Source: Pseudomonadota bacterium (GTDB lineage Archaea; Thermoplasmatota; SW-10-69-26; JACQPN01; JAJPHT01). From it: a DNA stretch of 64,000 bases. How positions within the stretch are numbered: the stretch's first letter is position 1; each line of letters starts with the position of its first letter. The stretch covers positions 163,885-227,884 of the forward strand of contig JAJPHT010000046.1 of assembly GCA_021325135.1 (NCBI GenBank), written 5' to 3'. The translations under genes were made by a program, and so were the position numbers. Shown here piece by piece: positions 10,728 to 20,681 of this stretch. The notes under the pieces are model-generated. The model made no database searches and had not been told where the DNA came from. It saw nothing but the letters and a program-made list of their open reading frames with translations.

Positions 10728-11582
10728 TCAAGGCCACCGGTAGAAGCCCTGCCCCGACTTCTGGCCCAGCCTCCCCTCGGCCACCATGCGGCGCAGCAGC
10801 GCGGGCGGCTCGAAGCGCCGGCCCAGCGTCTTCGAGAGGCCCTCGGCGATGTGCAGGCGCACGTCGAGGCCCACCAGGTCCGTGAGCCGCAGCGGCCCCA
10901 TGGGGTGGTTGTAGCCCAGCGTCATCGCCTTGTCGATGTCCTCGGGGCTCGCCACGTCCTCCTCCACCATGCGGATGGCCTCCAGGCCCAGCGTGACGCC
11001 CAGGCGCGAGGTGGCGAAGCCGGGCGAGTCGCGCACGACGATGGGCTCCTTGCCCATGCGGCGCGCGAGGTCCACCACGGCGGCGGCCGCGGCGTCCGAC
11101 GTCGCGGGCGCGCGCACGACCTCGACCAGCTTCATCACGGGGACCGGGTTGAAGAAGTGCATGCCCACGACGCGGCCGCGCTCCGCCTCGGGCAGGCCCG
11201 CCGCGATCTCCGCGATGGGCAGGCTCGACGTGTTGCTGGCCAGCACCGCGTGGCGCGGCGCGAGGCGCAGCGCGTCGGCGAGCACGCCGCGCTTGAGGTC
11301 CATCCGCTCGGGCACGGCCTCCACCACGAGGTCCGCCTGCTGGAGCGCGGCGGGGAGGTCCGTGGTGGGCCGCACGCGGGCGAGCGCGGCGTCGGCCTCC
11401 TCGCGCGTGGCCTTCCCCTTCTCCACGGCCTTCTCCAGGCTCTTCCGGATGCCCGCGAGGCCCTTCTCCACGGCGGCGTCGTTCACGTCGCGCAGCGCCA
11501 CCTCCGCGCCCGCGAGCGCGGCGACCTGCGCGATGCCGTGGCCCATGGTGCCCGCGCCCAGGACGGTGACGTGGCGGATCAT
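10728..11582 (-). CDS. 3-hydroxyacyl-CoA dehydrogenase
   Basis: GAGTMGHGIAQ, EAVPE...K, ASNTSS, GMHFFNP, HPMGPL. Confidence 0.95.
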   Translation of the reverse strand: MIRHVTVLGAGTMGHGIAQVAALAGAEVALRDVNDAAVEKGLAGIRKSLEKAVEKGKATREEADAALARVRPTTDLPAALQQADLVVEAVPERMDLKRGVLADALRLAPRHAVLASNTSSLPIAEIAAGLPEAERGRVVGMHFFNPVPVMKLVEVVRAPATSDAAAAAVVDLARRMGKEPIVVRDSPGFATSRLGVTLGLEAIRMVEEDVASPEDIDKAMTLGYNHPMGPLRLTDLVGLDVRLHIAEGLSKTLGRRFEPPALLRRMVAEGRLGQKSGQGFYRWP

Positions 11583-11716
11583 CGGCCGGCGCACGCGGAA
11601 GCGCGCGAAAAGGCTTTCGCGGGGCGAAAGGCCAACCCCCTTGCGCCGCCCGCGACAACTCTCCTCCACAATCCCCTTCCCCTGGTCGCGGCATGGCGGG
11701 GCGGAGACCTGAGACC

Positions 11717-12064
11717 GTGCGGCTCGAGCCCTTCGTCCTGGCCGGCGTCGCCCTCGTGGCGCTGGCGCCCTTTGCTTCTGCGATCCCCCTCGGTCCCGTC
11801 CCGCCGCCTCCCGTCTGCGTGGCGGGCGTCTGCGTGACCCTGCCTCCGGTGGACCTGCCAGGGCCCGTCTGCGTCACCCTCCCTGCCCAGAGCCTCCAGG
11901 TCCCCGGCCTCCTGCTGTGGGTCCCCGCCACCAGCCTTCCCATCACGCTCAACGGACAGGAGATCGCGCGGGTCGATCTCCCGGGCGCCTCCGTGGCCGT
12001 CGATCCGTGGGGCGCGAGCGTGGGCGGCTCCGTCGTCTGCGTGGGCCTTCCGCCGACGGGCTAG
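11717..12064 (+). CDS. Small secreted Pro/Val/Cys-rich protein
   Basis: Signal peptide ending ASA; internal VCVTLP duplication; 4 Cys. Confidence 0.6.
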   Translation: MRLEPFVLAGVALVALAPFASAIPLGPVPPPPVCVAGVCVTLPPVDLPGPVCVTLPAQSLQVPGLLLWVPATSLPITLNGQEIARVDLPGASVAVDPWGASVGGSVVCVGLPPTG

Positions 12065-12837
12065 CGCCCCTCGTAGCGCGCCGCGCGCTTCTCCTTGAGC
12101 GCGTCGACGCCCTCGCCGTGGTCGCGCGTGGCGTAGGCAAGCCCTTGGAGCGCGGCCTCGCGGGCGAGCGCGCCTTCGAGGTTGTCCGCCGTCCCCAGGA
12201 CGATGGCCTTCTTCGCGAGCCCCAGGGCGACGGTGGGCCCCTCCGCCCAGCGCCTCGCGACCTCCTGCGCCTTCGCGCCCGCGTCCTCGGCGACGAGGTT
12301 CACGAGGCCAAGCTGCTCCGCGCGCTTCGCGTCCATCGCGTCGGGCAGGAGCGCCAGCTCGCGGGCGGCGCGCAGGCCCAGCGTCTTGGGCAGGAGCCAC
12401 GAGCCCGCGGTGTCGGGGACGAGGCCGATGCGCGTGAACGACGCGGCGAACCTGGCCGCGGGCGCCGCGACGGCGTAGTCGCACGCCAGCGCCAGCATGA
12501 GGCCCGCGCCGTGCGCGTCGCCGTTGACGTGCGCCACCACAGGCTTCTCCAGGACGAGGATGTCCTTCGCCAGCGCGCCGAAGAGCGTCTCCTGCGCGTG
12601 CTGCGCGGCGAAGGCGTTGCCTCGGCGCGAGACCATGGCGTCCAGGTCGCCGCCCGCGCAGAAGGCCGGCCCCGCGCCGGTGAGGAGAAGCGCGCGCACG
12701 CCGGGGTCCTTCGCGGCGTCCGCCACCGCGGCGCGCAGGGCGAGGAGAAGCTCGGGGTTGAGGGCGTTGCGCTTCTCGGGGCGGTTCAGCGTGAGGCGCA
12801 GGACGCCGCCGTCGCGCTCCTGGAGGAGGACGCTCAT
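12061..12837 (-). CDS. Enoyl-CoA hydratase/isomerase family (PaaG-like)
   Basis: LNRPEKRNAL, FCAGGDL, LALACD, F..IGLVPD (Asp-type active site). Confidence 0.92.
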   Translation of the reverse strand: MSVLLQERDGGVLRLTLNRPEKRNALNPELLLALRAAVADAAKDPGVRALLLTGAGPAFCAGGDLDAMVSRRGNAFAAQHAQETLFGALAKDILVLEKPVVAHVNGDAHGAGLMLALACDYAVAAPAARFAASFTRIGLVPDTAGSWLLPKTLGLRAARELALLPDAMDAKRAEQLGLVNLVAEDAGAKAQEVARRWAEGPTVALGLAKKAIVLGTADNLEGALAREAALQGLAYATRDHGEGVDALKEKRAARYEGR

Positions 12838-12860
12838 GCGTCGCGCATCCGCGCCTCGCG

Positions 12861-13391
12861 CTAAAGCCTCTCGCCGGCCTCGACCTTCATCGGCAGCCGG
12901 TTCTCCGGCGGCGGCAGCGTGCAGCTCCACGCGTCGTCGTGCGCGCAGTACGGGTGGTACGCGCGGTTGAAGTCCAGCACGTAGCGGTCCCCCGCGTGCG
13001 GCTCCAGGTCCAGGTAGCGCCCCGCGCCGTAGGTCTCCTTGCCGGAGGTCGCGTCGCGGAATGGGACGAGGAGGTACGCCTCGTCGGCCTCGCCCGGCGC
13101 GGGCTCGAAGGCCAGGAGCTGGACGCGCTGCCCCAGGAGGTCGAGCTCGAAGGCGCCCACCTCCAGCATGGCGATGGCGTCGTCGCCCGTGGACGCGAGG
13201 CGACCGGGCCTGGGCGCGGCGTGGCGCCGCAGCGTCGCCTCCACGCGATAGCGCGCGTCCAGGGGCCACCAGCGCAGCCCGCGGAACGCCTTGCGGCTCT
13301 CCGGCGAGAGCGGCGTGTCGGGGCCCTTGTAGTGCGCGTCGCGGGCCTCGCGCTCGGACTCCACGTCAGCGCGCCACTCCGCCTCGTCCAC
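12861..13391 (-). CDS. DUF1684 domain protein
   Basis: PFRDATSGKETYGAGRYLD...LDFNRAYHPYCA...CTLPPPENRL...AGE signature. Confidence 0.9.
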   Translation of the reverse strand: MDEAEWRADVESEREARDAHYKGPDTPLSPESRKAFRGLRWWPLDARYRVEATLRRHAAPRPGRLASTGDDAIAMLEVGAFELDLLGQRVQLLAFEPAPGEADEAYLLVPFRDATSGKETYGAGRYLDLEPHAGDRYVLDFNRAYHPYCAHDDAWSCTLPPPENRLPMKVEAGERL

Positions 13392-13485
13392 GAGGCTTCC
13401 AACCGGGCCCGCGGATTCAACCTTGCGGGGCCGCGAAGCCCGACGACCCGGAAGCCTCATCTTGGGGGCCCCGGCTCGTCCCGCG

Positions 13486-15492
13486 ATGACGGACGCGGGC
13501 GCCCGCCTCGACGCGATCCTCGCTCGCCACAAGCTCCCGCTGCGCGACGCCGCCGCGCAGGACGCGCTCTGGCGCGAGCTTGCGGAGGGCCCCTTTGCGG
13601 AGCCCGGCGCGGTGCCCTTCGAGCGGCAGTGGGACGCGTGGCGGCGCGTCTTCGCGGAGCGCCCCGCGCACGCGCCGCCGCCCCCCGCGTACCAGCCTGA
13701 CGCGGCGCGCGTAGAACGGGCGAACGTGACCGCCCTCGCGCGCGAGGTGGGCGTCGCCAGCTACGCGGACCTTCAGCGCTGGAGCGCGGCGGACCGCGAC
13801 GGCTTCTGGGCGCGCGCGATCCAGGCCCTGGACGTGCCGTTCCGCGACCCGCCCCGCGCCATCCGCGAAGGCGGCGCCGAGGACCCCGCGTGGCTCCCCG
13901 GCGCGACGCTCAACGCGGTGGACCTCTGCTTCCGGGCTCCACCCGAGCGCGTCGCCATCGTGCTGGGCCGCGAGGGCGAGGAGCGCCTCCGCCACGTCAC
14001 CTACGGCGAGTTGGAGCGCATGACGAACCGCGTCGCGCACGGCTTCCGCGCGCTGGGCCTCGCGGCAGGCGACGCGGTCGCGCTCTACCTGCCCATGACC
14101 GTGGAGTGCGTCGCGGCGTACCTGGGCGTCATCCGCGCGGGCGGCGTCGTGGTGAGCATCGCGGACAGCTTCGCGCCTCCCGAGGTCGCGACGCGCCTGC
14201 GGCTGGCCGACGCCAAGGCGATCCTCACCACCGCCGCGTTCTCGCGGGGCGGGAAGACCTTCGACCTCTACGCCAAGGCGCGGGAGGCCGCCGCGCCGCG
14301 CGCCATCGTCGTGGGCGGCAAGCCCGAGCGCGAGGGCGACCTCGCGTGGGAGACGTTCCTGGGGCCCGCGCAGCCCTTCGAGAGCCTCGCCCTGGAGCCC
14401 ACGGCGCCGACCAACGTCCTCTTCAGCAGCGGCACGACGGGCGACCCCAAGGCGATCCCGTGGACGCACCTGACGCCGCTGAAGGCCGCCATGGACGCGC
14501 GATATCACCAGGACGTCCACGAGGATGATATCATCGCCTGGCCCACCAGCATCGGCTGGATGATGGGCCCGTGGCTCGTGTACGCCTCGCTGGCCAACCG
14601 CGCGACCATGGCCCTCTTCGAGGGCGCGCCGCAGTCGCCCGAGTTCCCGCGCTTCGTGGAGCGCGCGGGCGTCACCGTGCTGGGCGTCGTGCCGGCCCTC
14701 GTGCGCGCGTGGCGCGCCTCCGGCGCGGTGCAGCGCGAGCTCGCGAAGATCCGCGTCTTCAGCAGCACGGGCGAGGCCTCCAACGTCGAGGACTACCTCT
14801 GGCTCTCCAGCGCGGCGGGCCACCGCGCGCCCATCGTGGAGTACTGCGGCGGCACGGAGATCGGCGGCGGCCACCTCACGGGCACCGTCGTCCAGCCGCA
14901 GAGCCCCGCCACCTTCAGCACGCCCGCGCTGGGGCTCGACTTCGTCGTCCTCGACCACGAGGGCAAGCGCGAGGTCGCCGAGAACGAGATGGGCGAGATC
15001 TGGCTCATCCCCCCCAGCATCGGCCTCTCGCAGCGCCTCCTCCACCGCGACCACCACAAGGAATACTACGCGGACGCGCCGCGCGGCCCCCGGGGCGAGC
15101 TCCTGCGCCGGCACGGCGACGAGGTGGAGCGCCTCCCCGGCGGCCACTGGCGCGCCCACGGCCGCGCGGACGACACCATGAACCTGGGCGGCATCAAGGT
15201 GAGCAGCCTGGAGCTGGAGCGCGTCGTGGACCGCCACCCCCAGGTCTACCAGAGCGCGGCCGTCGCGGTGATCCCGCCCGAAGGGGGCGCGGACCAGCTG
15301 GTGGTCTTCGTCGTGCCCCGCGAAGGCGCGCGCCCCGAGCCCAAGGCGCTCCAGAACGAGCTTCAGGACTTGGTGAAGAGGGACCTCAACCCACTCTACC
15401 GCATCCACGACGTGGTGCTGGTGGACGCGCTGCCGCGCACGGCGAGCAACAAGATCGTGCGGCGGGAGCTGAGGAAGCGTTACCGGAAGTAG
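13486..15492 (+). CDS. AMP-forming acyl-CoA synthetase (acetyl/acetoacetyl-CoA synthetase-like)
   Basis: FSSGTTGDPK, STGE, YCGGTEIGG, GRADD, LPRTASNK. Confidence 0.92.
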   Translation: MTDAGARLDAILARHKLPLRDAAAQDALWRELAEGPFAEPGAVPFERQWDAWRRVFAERPAHAPPPPAYQPDAARVERANVTALAREVGVASYADLQRWSAADRDGFWARAIQALDVPFRDPPRAIREGGAEDPAWLPGATLNAVDLCFRAPPERVAIVLGREGEERLRHVTYGELERMTNRVAHGFRALGLAAGDAVALYLPMTVECVAAYLGVIRAGGVVVSIADSFAPPEVATRLRLADAKAILTTAAFSRGGKTFDLYAKAREAAAPRAIVVGGKPEREGDLAWETFLGPAQPFESLALEPTAPTNVLFSSGTTGDPKAIPWTHLTPLKAAMDARYHQDVHEDDIIAWPTSIGWMMGPWLVYASLANRATMALFEGAPQSPEFPRFVERAGVTVLGVVPALVRAWRASGAVQRELAKIRVFSSTGEASNVEDYLWLSSAAGHRAPIVEYCGGTEIGGGHLTGTVVQPQSPATFSTPALGLDFVVLDHEGKREVAENEMGEIWLIPPSIGLSQRLLHRDHHKEYYADAPRGPRGELLRRHGDEVERLPGGHWRAHGRADDTMNLGGIKVSSLELERVVDRHPQVYQSAAVAVIPPEGGADQLVVFVVPREGARPEPKALQNELQDLVKRDLNPLYRIHDVVLVDALPRTASNKIVRRELRKRYRK

Positions 15493-15638
15493 ACCCGCCA
15501 CCCTCCGAACCCGGGCCATGGCCGTTACATTCTTGCATGGGGAGCGCATCCGTCGGCATCTTGGCCAAGCGGGGAGGGTTAGTCGTGCCGCCGGTCACGT
15601 TCGGATCGTAGGATGCCTTCTCTGCCTGGGGAGCCCGC

Positions 15639-17591
15639 ATGCCCAACCGCCAGGCCACGCACGATCCCGAGATCGCCCTTCGATGGCTTCTGGCCATCCA
15701 GCGTGCTCCCGGTTTGACCTTCAGCGCGCTGCATCGCAAGGTCGGAGGAAAGGCGCTCCTGGCCCGGGAGCTTCTCGACGACCTGGAAGCCCGTCAGCTT
15801 GTCCGCACCGGTGAAGAGGAGAAGGATCGCCCCGGGCCCAGCGCCGACGGCCACTGGCTCACGTCGGATGGAGCGGTCTTCCTGGAAGACCTGCAGCGCA
15901 TCCTGCAGGAGTTCCCCAACCTCATGTTCGCGCACCGGCTCCTCCGGATCATCGGGGAGCAGCCGGACATCGCGTGGGCGCAGCTGCGCGACGAGGCGAG
16001 CACGAACAGCCAGAGCATGGCCGTCCACCGGGACCACCTGATCCACGAGGGATACGTGGAGCTTTTCGAGCGGGACCGGAAAGGGCACCGCCACCGCCGG
16101 ACCGCGAAAGGGGACGAGACCTTCAGGCGCATTGAGCAGGCCATGGGCAAGCTGGTGAAGCTCGACCAGCCCGAGGTGGGAGCCAAGCCTCCGGTGCGCG
16201 CCCCTCTCCCCCGGGCGATGGAGTCGTGGAGCAAGCTCACCTCGGTGCTCAAGCCCGCGCTCCGGATGGGGAAGGACGGCGTCACGGTCCACGACCCGGA
16301 GGCCCTCCGGGGAGAGCCCATCGACGCTCTCGCCCAGACGGCGGTCTTCGCCGTGGGGCCTACGCGCGACAGGGCGCGGGAGATCGTCCGGGCCCTGGCG
16401 CATCAGCAAGGCCTCGTTCCGGCAAGCCTCCAGCGGTTCTATCTGGCCCGCGCGCGAGGGCACATCGGGTCCTCCTTCACGGTCCCGGCATTCAACATCC
16501 GCGGCGCCACCTACGAGGTCGCGCGGGCCGCGTTCCGCGCCGCCAAGCGCCGCCACGTGGGCGCCATGATCTTCGAGATCGCCCGCAGCGAGACCGGCTA
16601 CACCGAGCAACGCCCCGCGGAATACGCCGTGGCGATCCTGGCTGCGGGCGTCAAGGAGGGGTTTCGCGGGCCCCTCTTCCTCCAGGGGGACCACTACCAG
16701 TTCACCCGACCCATCGAGTCCGCGCACCTCCAGGCGACTCAGTTCCAGCTGGAGAACCTCGTCCTGGAGAGCCTCGATGCCGGCTTCCGCCAGATCGACG
16801 TCGACGCCTCGCCCCTTGTCAACCCCGCCCTTCCGACCATCCCGGACCAGCAGGCCCTCAACGCGGTCCGCTCCGCCCGCCTGACGTCCTTCGTCCGCGA
16901 CCAGGAGGACGTTGGCCCTGGCGTCTGCGTCGGGGCCGAGGTGTCCGAGATCGGGGGGCCTCCGACAAGCCTGGCGGACGTCCACGCCTTCATGGATCGC
17001 TACACCCACGAGCTGCGCCGCCTGGGCCAGGGTCCGGGGCCGGCCAAGCTCAGCGTCAACACGCTCACGGGGACCGGAGGCTCCGGAGGCGCCCAGGTTT
17101 CCTTTGATCTTCTCTCTTCCATCTCGGAGGTCTGCCGCGAGACCTACGGCATGGCAGGAGTCGCGCAGCACGGGACGGCGGAGCTTCCCGACGCCGAGCT
17201 TCATCGCTTCGTGAAGGCGGGCGCTTGCGAGCTCCACGTGGCGACGGGGCTGCAGAACGCGCTCCTCGACCACCCCGAGTTCCCCCACGCGCTGCGCGCG
17301 AGGATGGACGCGTGGGTCAAGGCTCAGCAGGTGGCGAGCCCGGGGCAGACGCTCCAGAAGCTCCGGAAGCGAGCGTTCGGCCCTTTCAAGCGCGACCTGT
17401 GGGCCATCGAGCCGCACGTCATGGAGGCCATCGGGAAGGACCTGGAGGCCAAGTTCGACGTGATGTTCCAGGAGCTCGGGGTCGTGGACACCATGCCGCT
17501 CGTCGATCGCCTTGCGCGGAAGGATCCGCCCGGGTGGGGCGCAGGGACTTCCGGGTCACGGACGGCGCGTTCGACGACGCCGAGTTCCTGA
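15639..17591 (+). CDS. Tandem winged-HTH domains fused to a class II aldolase-like TIM barrel
   Basis: Two N-terminal wHTH-like units (ending WLTSDG and RTAKG); then VPAFNIRG, FEIARSE, QGDHYQ, IDVDAS, AQHG, ELHVAT of a class II fructose-bisphosphate aldolase-like family. Confidence 0.75.
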   Translation: MPNRQATHDPEIALRWLLAIQRAPGLTFSALHRKVGGKALLARELLDDLEARQLVRTGEEEKDRPGPSADGHWLTSDGAVFLEDLQRILQEFPNLMFAHRLLRIIGEQPDIAWAQLRDEASTNSQSMAVHRDHLIHEGYVELFERDRKGHRHRRTAKGDETFRRIEQAMGKLVKLDQPEVGAKPPVRAPLPRAMESWSKLTSVLKPALRMGKDGVTVHDPEALRGEPIDALAQTAVFAVGPTRDRAREIVRALAHQQGLVPASLQRFYLARARGHIGSSFTVPAFNIRGATYEVARAAFRAAKRRHVGAMIFEIARSETGYTEQRPAEYAVAILAAGVKEGFRGPLFLQGDHYQFTRPIESAHLQATQFQLENLVLESLDAGFRQIDVDASPLVNPALPTIPDQQALNAVRSARLTSFVRDQEDVGPGVCVGAEVSEIGGPPTSLADVHAFMDRYTHELRRLGQGPGPAKLSVNTLTGTGGSGGAQVSFDLLSSISEVCRETYGMAGVAQHGTAELPDAELHRFVKAGACELHVATGLQNALLDHPEFPHALRARMDAWVKAQQVASPGQTLQKLRKRAFGPFKRDLWAIEPHVMEAIGKDLEAKFDVMFQELGVVDTMPLVDRLARKDPPGWGAGTSGSRTARSTTPSS

Positions 17592-17724
17592 CCGTTCCTC
17601 CAGGGACGGCGGCTCCGCAGCACCGCACGAGACGCGAGGAACCCGCGGCATCTGAAGGATTAACTTGTCCAACGGAACTGCGCGCGCGGCGTCGCCTGGG
17701 AGGCGTCGCCTTGGAGGACCCGTC

Positions 17725-19242
17725 TTGACCACTGCCCCCGCCAGCCCCACCACGCCCCGCCTCGACGAGCTCACGTCGAACCCGCGCCGCCTCGACGCGC
17801 AGCGGGTCGACAAGCTCCGCCGCCTCGACGCGATGGGCTACGCGCCGCCCTACCGCTTCGTCCCGACCCACGACATCGCCCAGTTCCACGCGACGTTCGG
17901 ACGCCTCGGCGTGGGCGAGGAGGCCCCCGACGAGGTCGCCGTGCACGGCCGCGTCGACGCGATCCGCCGGATGGCGAAGGCCATCTTCGTCGACCTGCGC
18001 GACCCCGAGGGCGCGCGGCTCCAGATGTGCGTCCAGCGCCCCGCCGCAGGCCCCCTCTTCGACGGAGCGGCGCTCCTCGACACCGGGGACCGGATCGCCG
18101 TCCACGGTCGCCCCCTGCGCACCCAGAAGGGCGAGCTCTCGGTCCGCGCCGAGAAGCTCGTGCTGCTCTCGAAGTGCCTCCAGGCCGCGCCCAACGCCGG
18201 CCTCGACGCGGAGAACCGCCTGCGCGAGCCGTGGCTGGACCGCCTCTTCGATGACGCCGCCCGCCAGCGCCTCCTCGCGCGCGCCCGCGTCAAGCGCGCG
18301 CTCCACGACGTCATGGCCGTGGAGGGCTACGTCGAGATCGACCCGCCGCTCCTGAGCCGCAGCTACGGCGGCGCGGCCGCGCGCCCCTTCGTGACCGAGA
18401 GCAACGGCCTGGGGGGCGAGCAGCTCTTCCTCCAGATCTCCCCCGAGATCGCGCTCAAGAAGTGCGTCGTCGGGGGCCTCGACGCGGTGTACGCCGTCAC
18501 GCGAAACTTCCGCAACGAGGGCATCGATCCCAGCCACACGCCCGAGTTCGACGCCTTCGAGTGCTACCGCGTGGGCGCCGACTACGTCGACATGATGGAC
18601 CTGACGGAGCGCATCTTCCGCGCGTGCGCGCAGGCGGCCAACGGCACGACGCGCGTGACCTGCCGCGGCGCTGAGATCGACTTCGCGGCGCCCTGGCGCC
18701 GCGTCCGCATGCGCGACGCGGTCTGCGAGGCGCTCAAGCTGGGCGATCCGGACCTCGACGCGCTGCGCGACGCGCTTCAGGAGCACTCGCTCGACGCGAG
18801 CCGCGCGTCGAGCGAGGCCATGGCGATCAACCTCCTCTTCGAAGCGCGCGTGCAGGAGACGCTCGTCCAGCCGACCATCGTCCTCGACTACCCCGAGGAG
18901 ATCTCGCCCCTCACGCGCGCCCACCGCGCGGCGCCGGGGCTCGTCGAGCGCTTCGAGGCGTTCATCGGCGGGACCGAGTTCGCCAACGCCTACACCGAGC
19001 TCAACGACCCCTTCGAGCAGGAGCGCCGCCTGCGGCTCCAGGAGGAGGAGCGCCGCCGCGGCAACGACGAGGCCCACCCCCTGGATTGGAGCTTCGTGGA
19101 CGCGATGCGGTGCGGCTTCCCGCCCACGGGCGGCCTCGGGATCGGGCTCGACCGCATGGTCATGCTCCTGACGAGCTCGCCCACCATCCGCGCCATCCAG
19201 ACCGAGCCGCTGGTCCGCTCCCTGCCCGAGGAGGCCGGGTGA
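17725..19242 (+). CDS. lysS: Class II lysyl-tRNA synthetase, divergent
   Basis: OB-fold anticodon domain, YGGAAARPF, ISPE, motif 2 FRNEGID.SH.PEF, EFANAYTELNDP, motif 3 GGLGIGLDR; TTG start after GGAGG. Confidence 0.85.
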   Translation: MTTAPASPTTPRLDELTSNPRRLDAQRVDKLRRLDAMGYAPPYRFVPTHDIAQFHATFGRLGVGEEAPDEVAVHGRVDAIRRMAKAIFVDLRDPEGARLQMCVQRPAAGPLFDGAALLDTGDRIAVHGRPLRTQKGELSVRAEKLVLLSKCLQAAPNAGLDAENRLREPWLDRLFDDAARQRLLARARVKRALHDVMAVEGYVEIDPPLLSRSYGGAAARPFVTESNGLGGEQLFLQISPEIALKKCVVGGLDAVYAVTRNFRNEGIDPSHTPEFDAFECYRVGADYVDMMDLTERIFRACAQAANGTTRVTCRGAEIDFAAPWRRVRMRDAVCEALKLGDPDLDALRDALQEHSLDASRASSEAMAINLLFEARVQETLVQPTIVLDYPEEISPLTRAHRAAPGLVERFEAFIGGTEFANAYTELNDPFEQERRLRLQEEERRRGNDEAHPLDWSFVDAMRCGFPPTGGLGIGLDRMVMLLTSSPTIRAIQTEPLVRSLPEEAG

Positions 19243-19931
19243 TCCCGATGCTTGGCTCGCCCCGCCGCGAGGTCGACAAACGCGCGTTCGACGCGGTCCG
19301 CCGCGAGCTGGGGTTCTCCCTCGTGCGCTGCGCGGGCCACTCGCCGGAGGGCTGGGAGATCGAGTACCAGTCGCCCGAGGGCACGCTCAAGATGGCCACG
19401 CTCGCCGGCCGCATCGAGCTGCGCCAGGGCGCGCTCATCGCCGCCCTCACCCGCCTGGACAACGACGCCCTGGGGCGCGTGCAGGAGCGGTGGGAAGTCC
19501 GCGCCGGCGAGGTCGTGGAGGCCACGGAAGAGCCCGCCACCGACCTTCACCTCCTCAAGGCCGTCGTCCGGACGCACCCGCACGTGCGCCAGCTGCTGGC
19601 CACGGGCTTCTGTGGACGCCCGGGCTATCCCGAGGAGCCCCAGGATCTCGTGGGCGCGCACTTCGCGATCCTGGCCAACGCGCGCCCCAAGGCCTTCCCC
19701 TCTGTCGGCATCCAGAGCGAAGGCATGTTCCTGGGCTGCGAGAGCGACGACCACGTCGGGCTGCTGCGCTTCCGGCTTCCGCCGGCCGTGCGCCATCTGG
19801 AGCGCAACCTCGTGGACTGGCGGCTCTCGACCGACGGGCGCATCGCCGTTCCGGGCTGCTGGTTCGTTCGGAGGTTCTTCCCCGCCGAGCTCGCCTTCGG
19901 CGATTTCCCCACGGGATGGCCGGTCCAGTAG
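19239..19931 (+). CDS. Protein with divergent Trbp111/CsaA/EMAP-II-like tRNA-binding OB domain
   Basis: VRAGEVVEA...RQLLATG...Y..PQDLVG....LANARPK....GIQSEGMFLG; GTGA overlap with lysS stop. Confidence 0.65.
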   Translation: MIPMLGSPRREVDKRAFDAVRRELGFSLVRCAGHSPEGWEIEYQSPEGTLKMATLAGRIELRQGALIAALTRLDNDALGRVQERWEVRAGEVVEATEEPATDLHLLKAVVRTHPHVRQLLATGFCGRPGYPEEPQDLVGAHFAILANARPKAFPSVGIQSEGMFLGCESDDHVGLLRFRLPPAVRHLERNLVDWRLSTDGRIAVPGCWFVRRFFPAELAFGDFPTGWPVQ

Positions 19932-19997
19932 CCACACGCCCATGCGACGCCAGGAAGCGTGGTCGGGCCAACCGCAGATGCAGGTGCGGCGAGGCGC

Positions 19998-20270
19998 TCA
20001 CTCCGTCGGCGGCAGCGTGCAGTCGAAGACCTCGCGGCCCAGGACGAAGTAGCCGCACTCCTGGTGGCCGGCCGCGCTGCCCTGGTGGGCGTAGACGACC
20101 GTCTGGCCGTCCTCGACGCAGGTGAGGCGGTACGAGTCGCCCACGTCGTACTGGCTGGTCCACAGGTCGCAGGGGCCGACGCGGTGGTCGCCGAAGGGGT
20201 TGGGGACGGGAGTGGCCAGCGCGAGGGGCGTGGCGGCGAGCAGGATCGTAAGAAGCAGAAGAGTGCGCAT
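19998..20270 (-). CDS. Secreted 4-Cys microprotein, array member 5
   Basis: Signal peptide, VGPC motif, 4 Cys; GGAGGCAC RBS. Confidence 0.8.
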   Translation of the reverse strand: MRTLLLLTILLAATPLALATPVPNPFGDHRVGPCDLWTSQYDVGDSYRLTCVEDGQTVVYAHQGSAAGHQECGYFVLGREVFDCTLPPTE

Positions 20271-20321
20271 GGTGGTGCCTCCACAGGCGCACCACCAGGC
20301 GGGAAGATGACGTTTGCGGGC

Positions 20322-20615
20322 TCAGTTCACGAGGGGGCCGCAGCTGTAGAGGTCGTGGCCGTCGACCCAGTAGCCGCACTCCCACACGAGGCCGGCCTGG
20401 CCCTGGTGGAAGTAGATGCTGTGGCCCTCGACGTCGCACGTCAGGCGCGACGAGTCGCCCACGTCGAACTGGTTCGTCCAGTAGTCGCAGGGGCCGACGT
20501 AGTGGTCGCCGTAGGGGCTGGGGTGCGGGATCGCGATGGGGCCGGGGAGCGGGCCTGCAAGCGCGAGGGGGGTCGCCAGGAGCGCGAGCGCAGCAAGGAC
20601 AAGGGGGGTTCGCAT
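20322..20615 (-). CDS. Secreted 4-Cys microprotein, array member 4
   Basis: Signal peptide; GDHYVGPCDYWTNQFDVGDS closely matches member 5; GGAGGCAC RBS. Confidence 0.8.
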   Translation of the reverse strand: MRTPLVLAALALLATPLALAGPLPGPIAIPHPSPYGDHYVGPCDYWTNQFDVGDSSRLTCDVEGHSIYFHQGQAGLVWECGYWVDGHDLYSCGPLVN

Positions 20616-20681
20616 GGGTGTGCCTCCGCCGCGTGACGGTGGCGGGGAGGCATCACCCTTGCGGCGGAGCAGCGTCGCGGG

